From positions 1 through 64,000 of the forward strand of contig JAWLHR010000004.1 of the NCBI GenBank assembly GCA_041690295.1: a stretch of DNA of 64,000 nucleotides, given 5' to 3'. The translations under genes were made by a program, and so were the position numbers. A model generated the notes under the pieces. It did not search any database. It had not been told where the DNA came from and saw only the letters and a list, made by a program, of their open reading frames with translations. Positions 38,951 to 47,473 of the stretch are shown here, one piece after another (positions within the stretch are counted from its first letter, which is position 1; every line of letters starts with the position of its first letter). Source of the stretch: Bdellovibrionales bacterium (GTDB taxonomy: Bacteria > Bdellovibrionota > Bdellovibrionia > Bdellovibrionales > UBA1609).

Positions 38951-38979
38951 TTGACGGAAGGGAACCGCTTGGCCACAAT
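38951..38979 (+). promoter_or_regulatory. sigma70 promoter of the catabolic operon
   Basis: TTGACG-N17-CACAAT. Confidence 0.55.
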
Positions 38980-39016
38980 GCGGCATCGCTCGATTTCGTT
39001 GATTTGGAGGTGGGCC

Positions 39017-39799
39017 ATCGAACCGAGTTTTGAGGGGCGTGTCGCGCTCGTTGGGGGAGCTTCGCAAGGTATTGGTCAGGCCACGGCCGAGATTCTGGCC
39101 GAACGAGGTTGCCGCCTGATTCTTCTCTCCCGCCGCCATGATGCGCTGGAGTCGGTCAGGTCCCGCCTCAAGAATTCTTCGCAACATAAAATTTTTGCGG
39201 TCGATATGGAGCGTACCGAGGATTTATCACTCGCGCTCGGCCGTCTGGTGGCGGAAGTGGGTCCGGTCACGATTTGGGTCAACAACACCGGCGGGCCAAA
39301 AGCGGGACCGCTCACTGAAGCCGGACCGGTGGAGTTGGAGCGCGCCTTTCGTGGTCATGTGATGGCCTCGCAGGTGATTTTACGCACTCTTGTTCCCGGC
39401 ATGAAAGAAGCCAAATACGGTCGCATCATCAATGTTTTGTCGACGTCCGTGAAAGTGCCGATTCCTAACCTTGGTGTTTCAAACCTTGTTCGCGCGGCGG
39501 TGGCCAGTTGGGCGAAAACGCTTTCGCAGGAACTTGGGCCGTTTGGAATCACCGTGAACAATGTGCTGCCGGGATACACGGACACGCCACGTTTAAAAAG
39601 TCTCATGTCGGATACCGCTCAACGGCGGCAAGTCTCCGAAGACGACATTAAAAATGAATGGGCTCAAAGTGTGCCGCTGAAACGCTTGGCTGAACCGCGC
39701 GAAACCGCGGAAGCCATCGCGTTTCTTGCCTCATCGAGTGCGTCGTATATTACAGGTGTCAGTCTGCCGGTCGATGGCGGAAGAACGGGGGCCCTCTGA
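39017..39799 (+). CDS. Short-chain dehydrogenase/reductase (probable ATC start)
   Basis: GGASQGIG, VNNTGGP, SNLVR, VLPG, YITG..L.VDGG; GGAGGT SD lies just upstream of ATC 39017. Confidence 0.85.
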   Translation: MEPSFEGRVALVGGASQGIGQATAEILAERGCRLILLSRRHDALESVRSRLKNSSQHKIFAVDMERTEDLSLALGRLVAEVGPVTIWVNNTGGPKAGPLTEAGPVELERAFRGHVMASQVILRTLVPGMKEAKYGRIINVLSTSVKVPIPNLGVSNLVRAAVASWAKTLSQELGPFGITVNNVLPGYTDTPRLKSLMSDTAQRRQVSEDDIKNEWAQSVPLKRLAEPRETAEAIAFLASSSASYITGVSLPVDGGRTGAL

Positions 39800-40980
39800 A
39801 GTACGATATTTTCTTAAGCATTTGTCAGACCGAAGTGGACGGTTACCTGCCGAGCGAGCGGGTGATGTTCGAAAATTTCTTCGACCAAGTTCGATTGGCG
39901 GATGAACTGGGGTTTGAAACCGCGTGGGTGGCTGAAACCCATCTTTCTTGTGAAATTCAAAAACACGGGCCGCAACCGGTGATCCCCCATTTCCGGGGGG
40001 AAATCGGGCTTAACACCGACATTCTTCAGCTGGCCCATGTGATTTTCTCGCAAACCCGCCGCATCCAGGTGGGCTCCGCGATTCGAAATATTTTTTGTAA
40101 CGGTGGTCCGATCGCCCATGCGGAAGCCATTCGGACCTTTTTGGCGTTACATGGCCTCAAGGAAAATGAATCGCGAAAATTAAATATCGGCTTCGCATCC
40201 GGAAGGTTCGATTTTTCCAATCGTCCCTATGGAATCGTTCCGCGAAACGAAGTGGAAAAGAAAGCCTGGGCGGTGGTGAAAGGTAAAATCCTTTGTGAGG
40301 CCACGGAGATTTTTCTCCGCCTCCTAAAGGGCGAAAAAATCTCACGCGCTGATGTTCCGACTTATTATTTGGAAGAAAAAGATTTTCGTAAAAAAGAAGA
40401 TTGGGAAGAAGTTTATAAGCTGGCGGGCAAAGACCGCATCCCCATCGCCCCTTTTTGGAATTTCGAGCGCGTAGGCATAATCCCCACGGATGTCCGTCTG
40501 GATCTCTTACAGCTGACGATTGGAACCCACGATCCTGGTGCGCAAATTCTGGCCAATAAGATCCTGCCTGTCGGGGTTTTCAATCTTTCCATCACGCCGC
40601 CCGAAGTGATCGAAGCCACCCATGCGAGAATGCGCGAGCATTACCATCCCGACGGTGGGCCGTGGCGAAGGGATCTCATGCCGCGAACGGCGATGGTCTT
40701 CCTCGAGGAAACAACGGAAAAAGCCAGGGAAGCGGCGGAAAAAGCCTGGGCGGTTTATTGGAAGGCGATGGAAGGCACCATCGATTCACGCAAAGTCGAG
40801 CAGGCCGTGAACAACGCCTTGGCCGGAAACGCCGAGGATCTCGCGGGGCAGATCCGCGCCAAGTATCACAAAGACGATCGTTTAATGCTCTGGTTTGATT
40901 TCAACAACCACGACAACGAGCATATCAAACGCAGCATGACGGAATTTAAAAATCGGGTCGTCCCGCTGTTGGAGGGATAG
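39796..40980 (+). CDS. LLM-class flavin-dependent oxidoreductase (probable CTG start)
   Basis: LADELGFETAWVAETH, IQVGSAI, IGFASG; frame extends to CTG-AAG-TAC-GAT-ATT-TTC overlapping the SDR TGA. Confidence 0.85.
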   Translation: MKYDIFLSICQTEVDGYLPSERVMFENFFDQVRLADELGFETAWVAETHLSCEIQKHGPQPVIPHFRGEIGLNTDILQLAHVIFSQTRRIQVGSAIRNIFCNGGPIAHAEAIRTFLALHGLKENESRKLNIGFASGRFDFSNRPYGIVPRNEVEKKAWAVVKGKILCEATEIFLRLLKGEKISRADVPTYYLEEKDFRKKEDWEEVYKLAGKDRIPIAPFWNFERVGIIPTDVRLDLLQLTIGTHDPGAQILANKILPVGVFNLSITPPEVIEATHARMREHYHPDGGPWRRDLMPRTAMVFLEETTEKAREAAEKAWAVYWKAMEGTIDSRKVEQAVNNALAGNAEDLAGQIRAKYHKDDRLMLWFDFNNHDNEHIKRSMTEFKNRVVPLLEG

Positions 40981-40982
40981 TC

Positions 40983-42425
40983 ATGGAGCGGTTAAGTAAT
41001 TTTATCAATGGCGAGTATGTCGAGCCCAAAGAGCAGAAATACATCGAGAAGATTTCACCTCGTACGGGTAAAAAAATCTACGATCTGCCGGATTCCACGG
41101 AAATTGATGTGGTGACGGCGGTGAAAGCCGCGGCGGATGCGTTTCCCGCCTGGGCGAAAACGCCGGCCCAGGAGAAAAGCCGGATCTTGAATCGCTTGGC
41201 CGATTTGGTTGAAGCGAACTTGGAAGAACTGGCCCGCGCCGAATCCGAAGACGTGGGTAAGCCGCTGGAGCTGGCTCGCACGCTGGATATTCCGCGCGTG
41301 GCGTGGAATTTTCGTTTCTTTGCCGCCAAAATTCTCCATAAGACCGAAATGGCCAGCGACATGGACGGCGAGGCGATCAATTATGTGCTTCGCCAGCCGG
41401 TTGGTGTCGCGGGTTTGATCGCGCCTTGGAATTTGCCGCTTTATCTTTTGAGCTGGAAAATCGCGCCGGCCATCGCCTTTGGCAACACGGTGGTTTGCAA
41501 GCCCTCTGAGTTCACTTCTAAAACGGCTTATTTATTCGCGAGACTTCTCAACGAGGCGGGGATTCCCAAAGGTGTATGCAACATAATTCTTGGTCGCGGT
41601 GAACCGGCGGGAAGTTATTTGGTGAAACATCCGGCGGTGCCGTTGATATCTTTCACCGGAGGCACGGCCACCGGTGAAAAAATTCAGTCCATGGCGGCGT
41701 CAAATTTTAAAAAAGTCAGTTTGGAATTGGGTGGTAAGAACGCCACGATCGTTCTTAAAGACGCGGACCTCAGCAAAGCCATCCCGCAGATTGTAAGATC
41801 GAGCTTTCTCAATCAAGGTGAGATTTGCCTTTGTGGCTCGAAGATTCTCGTTCAAGAGGAAATTTATCCGGAGTTTATCACCAAGTTCGTCGAGCAGGTG
41901 AAGGCGCTTAAAGTCGGTGATCCATTCGAAAAAGAAACGTTCATGGGTCCGCTGATTTCAAAACAGCATTACGATAAAGTGACGAGTCTCTTGGAAGTGG
42001 CCAAGAAAGATGGCGGCAAAATCCTCACCGGCGGTGATCGTCCGCAATTAACGGCCGAACTGAAAGACGGGTATTTTTTGAATCCCACCGTCATTGAAGA
42101 CCTCACCAATTGCAGCGAAATCCATCAAACCGAAATTTTCGGTCCTCTGGTGACGGTGAATTCGGTTAAATATCCGCACGATGCCGTGAAGTGGGCGAAT
42201 AATTCTCCATACGGCTTATCGGCCAGTATCTGGACCAAAAATCTCACGCTCGCGCATAAGCTTGCCGCCGAACTGAAGGTGGGAACCGTTTGGGTGAACA
42301 CCTGGCTTAAGCGCGATCTGCGCATGCCTTTTGGCGGAATGAAAGCCTCGGGCCTCGGGCGCGAGGGCGGCGAACACTCGTTGGAATTTTTCACCGAGAG
42401 TAAAACCGTATGTGTGCAACTTTAA
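40983..42425 (+). CDS. Aldehyde dehydrogenase, 2-amino/2-hydroxymuconate-6-semialdehyde dehydrogenase-like
   Basis: PWNLPLYLLSWKIAPA, ELGGKN, NQGEICLCGS, RDLRMPFGG. Confidence 0.88.
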   Translation: MERLSNFINGEYVEPKEQKYIEKISPRTGKKIYDLPDSTEIDVVTAVKAAADAFPAWAKTPAQEKSRILNRLADLVEANLEELARAESEDVGKPLELARTLDIPRVAWNFRFFAAKILHKTEMASDMDGEAINYVLRQPVGVAGLIAPWNLPLYLLSWKIAPAIAFGNTVVCKPSEFTSKTAYLFARLLNEAGIPKGVCNIILGRGEPAGSYLVKHPAVPLISFTGGTATGEKIQSMAASNFKKVSLELGGKNATIVLKDADLSKAIPQIVRSSFLNQGEICLCGSKILVQEEIYPEFITKFVEQVKALKVGDPFEKETFMGPLISKQHYDKVTSLLEVAKKDGGKILTGGDRPQLTAELKDGYFLNPTVIEDLTNCSEIHQTEIFGPLVTVNSVKYPHDAVKWANNSPYGLSASIWTKNLTLAHKLAAELKVGTVWVNTWLKRDLRMPFGGMKASGLGREGGEHSLEFFTESKTVCVQL

Positions 42426-42435
42426 GGGGGATGGA

Positions 42436-43326
42436 ATGAGTAAAGGTCAAATCGTGGCGGGCGTGTTGGCGCCCCATCCACCACACCTCGTTTACGCGGA
42501 AAATCCACCACAAAATGAACCGCGCGCGGAATGCGGTTGGGAAAACTTGCGTTGGGCCTATGAACGCTTAAGAAAATCGCTCTCTCAAGTCGACTATGAC
42601 GTTTTAGTGGTCCATTCACCGCATTGGCGCACCAACTCGGGCACGCATTTTCTAGGCGTTCCCCATTTCAAATCCCTGTCGGTGGATCCGATTTTTCCCA
42701 ATCTCTTTCGCTTCCATTACGATCTTCGCGTGGATATGGCGTTGGCCGAAGCCATCTGCGATGAGGCTTCGCGCGCCGGTCTTGAAACGGAGATGATGCG
42801 CAATCCGGATTTCCGTATCGACTACGGCACCATTGTTTCCTGTCACATGACCAATCCCGCTTGGAATAAGCCGATCGTGGGCATTTCCAGTGTGGGCGCG
42901 GCCAAGTACTTCAACATGGACGTGATGCAGGCCATGATGTTCAAGCTGGGGCAGGCGACCCGCAAGGCCATCGAAGCCAGCGGACGAAAAGCGATCCTGC
43001 TGGCGAGCAATTCCTTGAGCCATAGACACTTCACCAAAGAAGGCCCCGTGCCCGAAGACATGAGCAAGGAGCACATCAACAATCACAATCAGTATCTTTG
43101 GGATATGAAAATGATCGATCTCATGCGCCGGGGTAAATCCCGTGAAGTGGTCGACATCATGACCGACTTCACCGAGCAGGCGGTGGCGGAAACCGACGGT
43201 GGATCGCTCACCTGGTTGCTCGCCGCCTTGGATTTCCCGGAATATCCGGCGGAACTGCATGGGTATGGCACGGTGATCGGCACCGGCAACGCGGTGATGG
43301 AATGGCGGGAAGGAGCGGTCCGATGA
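42436..43326 (+). CDS. 2-aminophenol 1,6-dioxygenase beta (catalytic) subunit-like, LigB family
   Basis: APHPPHLVYAENPPQNEP, HSPHW, SVDPIFP, IDYGTI, SLSHRHF, VIGTGN. Confidence 0.85.
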   Translation: MSKGQIVAGVLAPHPPHLVYAENPPQNEPRAECGWENLRWAYERLRKSLSQVDYDVLVVHSPHWRTNSGTHFLGVPHFKSLSVDPIFPNLFRFHYDLRVDMALAEAICDEASRAGLETEMMRNPDFRIDYGTIVSCHMTNPAWNKPIVGISSVGAAKYFNMDVMQAMMFKLGQATRKAIEASGRKAILLASNSLSHRHFTKEGPVPEDMSKEHINNHNQYLWDMKMIDLMRRGKSREVVDIMTDFTEQAVAETDGGSLTWLLAALDFPEYPAELHGYGTVIGTGNAVMEWREGAVR

Positions 43327-44282
43327 TGAATTCTCATATCGTCAAAGGTTATGTTCTTCCTGGACTTCCCCATTTGTGGCTTTGTCCCAAAGCCAATCCC
43401 GGATGGCACAAGGTCCGTCAGGCGATGGATCAGGTGGGCCAGGAAATTGAAACTTCCGACGCCGATGTTCTTTTGATTTATTCCACTTACTGGTCGAGCG
43501 TGATCGGACATCAGATCCAAGCCCGTCCCGAGCCGGAGTGGGTGCATGTGGACGATCAATTCCACGCGCTGGGAAGTATTCCCTATAAATTAAGAATCGA
43601 TCGTGACCTGGCGCTCGCCTATGTGGAAGCCGCCAAGGAGCGAAAGCTTGAAGCGCGCGCCATTGATTATCACGGATTCCCCATCGACACGGGATCGGTC
43701 GTGGTTTCGAAGATCGTCAATCCGCGCAACCGGATTCCGGCGGTGATTGTCTCAAGCAATGTGTATTCCGACCGGGCCGAGACCATTGTTTTAGGAAAAG
43801 CGGCGCGTGATGCGCTTGAAAAGCAAAACAAAAAAGCCATCGCTATTGTGATCACGTCCCTTTCCAACCGGATTCACGAAAAGAAGGTGGAGCCCAAGGA
43901 TGACCACATTCATTCTCTGAAAGATCAGGAATGGAATCTGAAATTCCTCGAGTTTCTCGGCGAAGGACGGCTCGAAGATGTTTCACAGCTGTCCCGGCAG
44001 TTTCATAAAGAGGCTCGCGTGAACAAAGTGGCCAACTTCAAACCGTTTTGGTGGTTGGCGGCGGTGATGGGTCAGAACAACTACTACACCGGTCAGGTTT
44101 ACGAATACCAACCCATCTACGGAAGTGGCGCGGCGGTGGTTGGACTCACGCCGGCGCTTCGCGCCGCCCGCGATTTGGAATTCGATGAGAGCGATCCGGA
44201 CATTTATCCCGGTGAGCGCAATGTTTTAGGCGGCGATCCGCACGCCCAACCCGAACTCGCCACGGACATGGATCATGAGTAA
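43323..44282 (+). CDS. 2-aminophenol 1,6-dioxygenase alpha (non-catalytic) subunit-like
   Basis: Paralogue of the preceding gene lacking metal His residues (PGLPH, IYSTYW, FPIDTG, SLSNR). Confidence 0.8.
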   Translation: MMNSHIVKGYVLPGLPHLWLCPKANPGWHKVRQAMDQVGQEIETSDADVLLIYSTYWSSVIGHQIQARPEPEWVHVDDQFHALGSIPYKLRIDRDLALAYVEAAKERKLEARAIDYHGFPIDTGSVVVSKIVNPRNRIPAVIVSSNVYSDRAETIVLGKAARDALEKQNKKAIAIVITSLSNRIHEKKVEPKDDHIHSLKDQEWNLKFLEFLGEGRLEDVSQLSRQFHKEARVNKVANFKPFWWLAAVMGQNNYYTGQVYEYQPIYGSGAAVVGLTPALRAARDLEFDESDPDIYPGERNVLGGDPHAQPELATDMDHE

Positions 44283-45372
44283 AAAGTTTATCGATATCGA
44301 AGACGTTTACCCTGATGATCCGTTTGGGGAGTCAAAGAAAGACTTGCCCACGGGACGCGACGTGGAATGGGAACCGCTCGTCGATTATCGGCGAAACGGC
44401 GTCAGCGAAAATACGGTTCATGGGGCGGTGGCCTGGTATAGCGGAGATCAGTTGATCCACTCCTTCGGTGGAAACGTCCTTTGTTACGGCCGCTCCATGA
44501 TGAAGCCGTTTTACATCAAAGTTTTTGCCGAAGAGCTTAAGGACACCACTGATTGGCGACAAAAGGCGATATCGGTCGCTTCACATAACGGCACGGCCGA
44601 ACACGTCGAGGTCTCGCAATCCCTGTTGAGCGAGAGTGAGTGGGGCCTGATGCAAACCCCGCTTGATCTGCCGCTCGTGCAGTTCGGCCGGCAGGTGCGT
44701 AGACCCCGCCGGTGGTTCAATAACTCCAGTGGTCATCACGCCGCGATTCTAAAGGGTTGCCGGCTTAAAGGTTGGAACCGGGCTGGTTACACATTGCCGT
44801 CCCATCCGGTTTACCAAGAGTACCTGAAGGTGGTGAGGCGTTATCTTGGCGAGAACTTCACTCCCAAACGGGTTGCGCGCGACGGAGATGGTTTGCCCAC
44901 GATCGCCATGACGGTTAAGGAACTGGCCCAGTGCTATGCGGGGCTTGCGAAAAACCGCAATGAAGATTGGATTTGGGAATCGATGATCCGTTACCCCGAT
45001 TTGGTGGGCGGATTCAATCGTCTCGACACCACCGTTATGAAGTCTTGCCGAGGTGAGGTGATCGCCAAGGAAGGGGCGGATGGCTTGCTCGGAATGGGGA
45101 TTGTCCATAAGGATTATCCCGATGGTCTTGGCATCGTGATTAAAATCGCCCACGGATGGAACCCGCAAGCCACCTGGTATGTGGCGCGGGGGATTTTAGG
45201 TGTGTTGGGATTCATCCTGAGAAATCCCTATCCGCTCCGCCGGCAAAAGGCCTTTTTGGTTCCCGGCGTGGTGCCGGCGAAGTATCTGGATCATCTGCGA
45301 CAGATCCCCACCTGGGACGAGTGGGATCCCGATATCGATCGTTGGTATTTTGAACCCAACCAAACTCTCTGA
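44275..45372 (+). CDS. L-asparaginase II (R. etli-type) family amidohydrolase with altered metal site
   Basis: RSMMKPF, SHNG, NNSSGHH (canonical NCSGKH), AKEGADG. Confidence 0.8.
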   Translation: MSKKFIDIEDVYPDDPFGESKKDLPTGRDVEWEPLVDYRRNGVSENTVHGAVAWYSGDQLIHSFGGNVLCYGRSMMKPFYIKVFAEELKDTTDWRQKAISVASHNGTAEHVEVSQSLLSESEWGLMQTPLDLPLVQFGRQVRRPRRWFNNSSGHHAAILKGCRLKGWNRAGYTLPSHPVYQEYLKVVRRYLGENFTPKRVARDGDGLPTIAMTVKELAQCYAGLAKNRNEDWIWESMIRYPDLVGGFNRLDTTVMKSCRGEVIAKEGADGLLGMGIVHKDYPDGLGIVIKIAHGWNPQATWYVARGILGVLGFILRNPYPLRRQKAFLVPGVVPAKYLDHLRQIPTWDEWDPDIDRWYFEPNQTL

Positions 45373-45375
45373 GGA

Positions 45376-45807
45376 ATGGCGATGAAGAGCGAAAAACATC
45401 ATTCAGAACGCGCGCCCGAGCCGGTGGGACCTTATCCTCATGCGAGAAGGGTGGGGGACTTCATTTTCGTCTCGGGAATGGGGCCGCGCCGACCGGGTCA
45501 ACAGGAGATTCCGGGCGTGCACATGGATGCCAGAGGGCGCGTGATTTCCCATGACATCAGCGCGCAAACCCACTCGGTGATCACGAACATCAAAAATGTA
45601 TTGGAAGACATGGGATCGGGTTTGAAGGACGTTGTCGATGTGACGGTGTTTTTAACCGACATGAAGAACGATTTTAAAACTTTCAATAAAGTTTACGGCG
45701 AATATTTCGCGGACATCGGGCCCACACGGACCACGGTGGAGGTGTTGTCTTTACCCACCCCCATCGCAGTGGAACTTAAGGTGATTGCTTATTGTCCAAA
45801 ACGTTAA
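45376..45807 (+). CDS. RidA family protein, 2-aminomuconate deaminase-like
   Basis: PVGPYPHARRVG, VFLTDM, PTRTTVEV..LPTPIAVELK. Confidence 0.88.
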   Translation: MAMKSEKHHSERAPEPVGPYPHARRVGDFIFVSGMGPRRPGQQEIPGVHMDARGRVISHDISAQTHSVITNIKNVLEDMGSGLKDVVDVTVFLTDMKNDFKTFNKVYGEYFADIGPTRTTVEVLSLPTPIAVELKVIAYCPKR

Positions 45808-47306
45808 AGATCCTCATCGGCATTTTACTTGTTGTTGGGATGAAGGCGAATGCCCAAATCGTCTATGGCATTCCCCATCGCATATCCTCGCTGAATCCCT
45901 TCGCCATATCGGGGATTGACTCCTACGAGGTGACCGGGCTTTTGCTCGAGCCTTTGGCGCGCATCGATCCTTACACCAGGGACTTAATCCCGTGGCTGGC
46001 CACGAAGTGGGACATCGACCAAAAGAAAAAAATCATTAGTGTCCGTCTTCGCACCGATGTGTATTTTCAAAATGGCCGAAAACTGGATGCGGAAGATGTC
46101 GTCTTCACCTGGCGTGCGTACCAGGATCCAAATAATAAGGGCGGCATTTGGACGCCGATGTGGTCGCAGGTCACGGACATCAAGGTGAAGTCCCCTGATC
46201 AGGTGGAATTCCAATTGAAGCGAATCGAATTTCAAGTCGTCTTGAATATTTTGACGGCCATGCGGATTCTTCCGCGCGATTTTTACGATTTTAAGTCCCG
46301 AGAAAAGTGGAACACGCGGATGGTCGGCAGCGGACCGTTTCAATTGACGAAGTTTAAACCGGACCAAGCCGTTCACCTGAAACCCAATCTCAAGTGGTGG
46401 GGCTGGAAAGAGTTTGGCTTGAAACCGGCGCCGAATCTCGTGATCAAACCGGTGGCGGACGCGCGCCTGGCCGCTCAGATGCATGAAAAACGTGAGCTAG
46501 ATGTTTATCGCGTACCGCCCGGGGATTTGGATTTGTTAAACAATAAAACGCCGTCTCCGTTTAAAAATCCGTTTGGTTACGGAATCAGCCTGGGGATGAA
46601 TCTTCGCGCCACTTTTCTAAAAGATAAAAATGTTCGTGAAGCGCTCGTGTTATTGTGGAACCGCGAGTTCGTGAACGATAAGGTTTTTGGCCGTCGGCTT
46701 CGGATCGCCTTGGACAGTTTTTCGCCCCTTATGCCGTGGTATCCAAAGGGTGAGCCGGTGCAATTCAACAAATCACGGGCCATTGAAAAGCTGAAGAAGG
46801 CCGGGTGGCGCGCGAAAGACTCAAAGCTGGTCAACGCCAAAGGCGAAGAATTGCGGCTTAAAGTTTTGGTGGGTTCGGAGTCGATGGAACAATGGGTGCA
46901 CTTCTTCCAATCAGACGCCGATCAAGTGGGCATCAAGATTTCCATTGAGCGGGTTCTGGACGAATCCCAATGGTGGCATTTGGTGAACGAGGGTAAGTTT
47001 GATTTATTGGCCTACGAAGGTCCGCTCAGCGAGCGGCCGCACCATTCCGTGTTTCACTCCAAAGCCGCCTACAACAGCTCGGGCCTCAATGACGAAAAAA
47101 TCGATCAATTGCTTGAGCGCTTAGAGGTGGAACTCGATCCCAAGAAAAGAAAGCCAATGAACGCCGAGTTGATCCGTGCCTTACGTGAAAAAGTGATCGA
47201 AGTGCCCGGACTTTACACCGACCAAACGTTTTACCTTCTCTCCGCGCGCGTGACTTTGGACCAGCGTTATCCGGAACACGTCTGGCGCTGGCGATTAAAA
47301 GATTGA
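45792..47306 (+). CDS. ABC transporter substrate-binding protein, family 5
   Basis: SLNP, PWLATKW, LRTDVYFQNG..LDAEDVVFT, VGSGPF. Confidence 0.88.
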   Translation: MSKTLKILIGILLVVGMKANAQIVYGIPHRISSLNPFAISGIDSYEVTGLLLEPLARIDPYTRDLIPWLATKWDIDQKKKIISVRLRTDVYFQNGRKLDAEDVVFTWRAYQDPNNKGGIWTPMWSQVTDIKVKSPDQVEFQLKRIEFQVVLNILTAMRILPRDFYDFKSREKWNTRMVGSGPFQLTKFKPDQAVHLKPNLKWWGWKEFGLKPAPNLVIKPVADARLAAQMHEKRELDVYRVPPGDLDLLNNKTPSPFKNPFGYGISLGMNLRATFLKDKNVREALVLLWNREFVNDKVFGRRLRIALDSFSPLMPWYPKGEPVQFNKSRAIEKLKKAGWRAKDSKLVNAKGEELRLKVLVGSESMEQWVHFFQSDADQVGIKISIERVLDESQWWHLVNEGKFDLLAYEGPLSERPHHSVFHSKAAYNSSGLNDEKIDQLLERLEVELDPKKRKPMNAELIRALREKVIEVPGLYTDQTFYLLSARVTLDQRYPEHVWRWRLKD

Positions 47307-47473
47307 CGAAATTCTCGAACATTAATTCGACGGTTCTCGCCAACTTTGGTGAAGTTCAAAAAATCGTCATTCTTCTGATCAAGTACTCATTTCAGGATGA
47401 GCCGTAAACCCTTATTTTCTTTATAAAATATTTTGTCCAAGTGACGATAAATGATTGAGGAGAGGGTGGGGCC

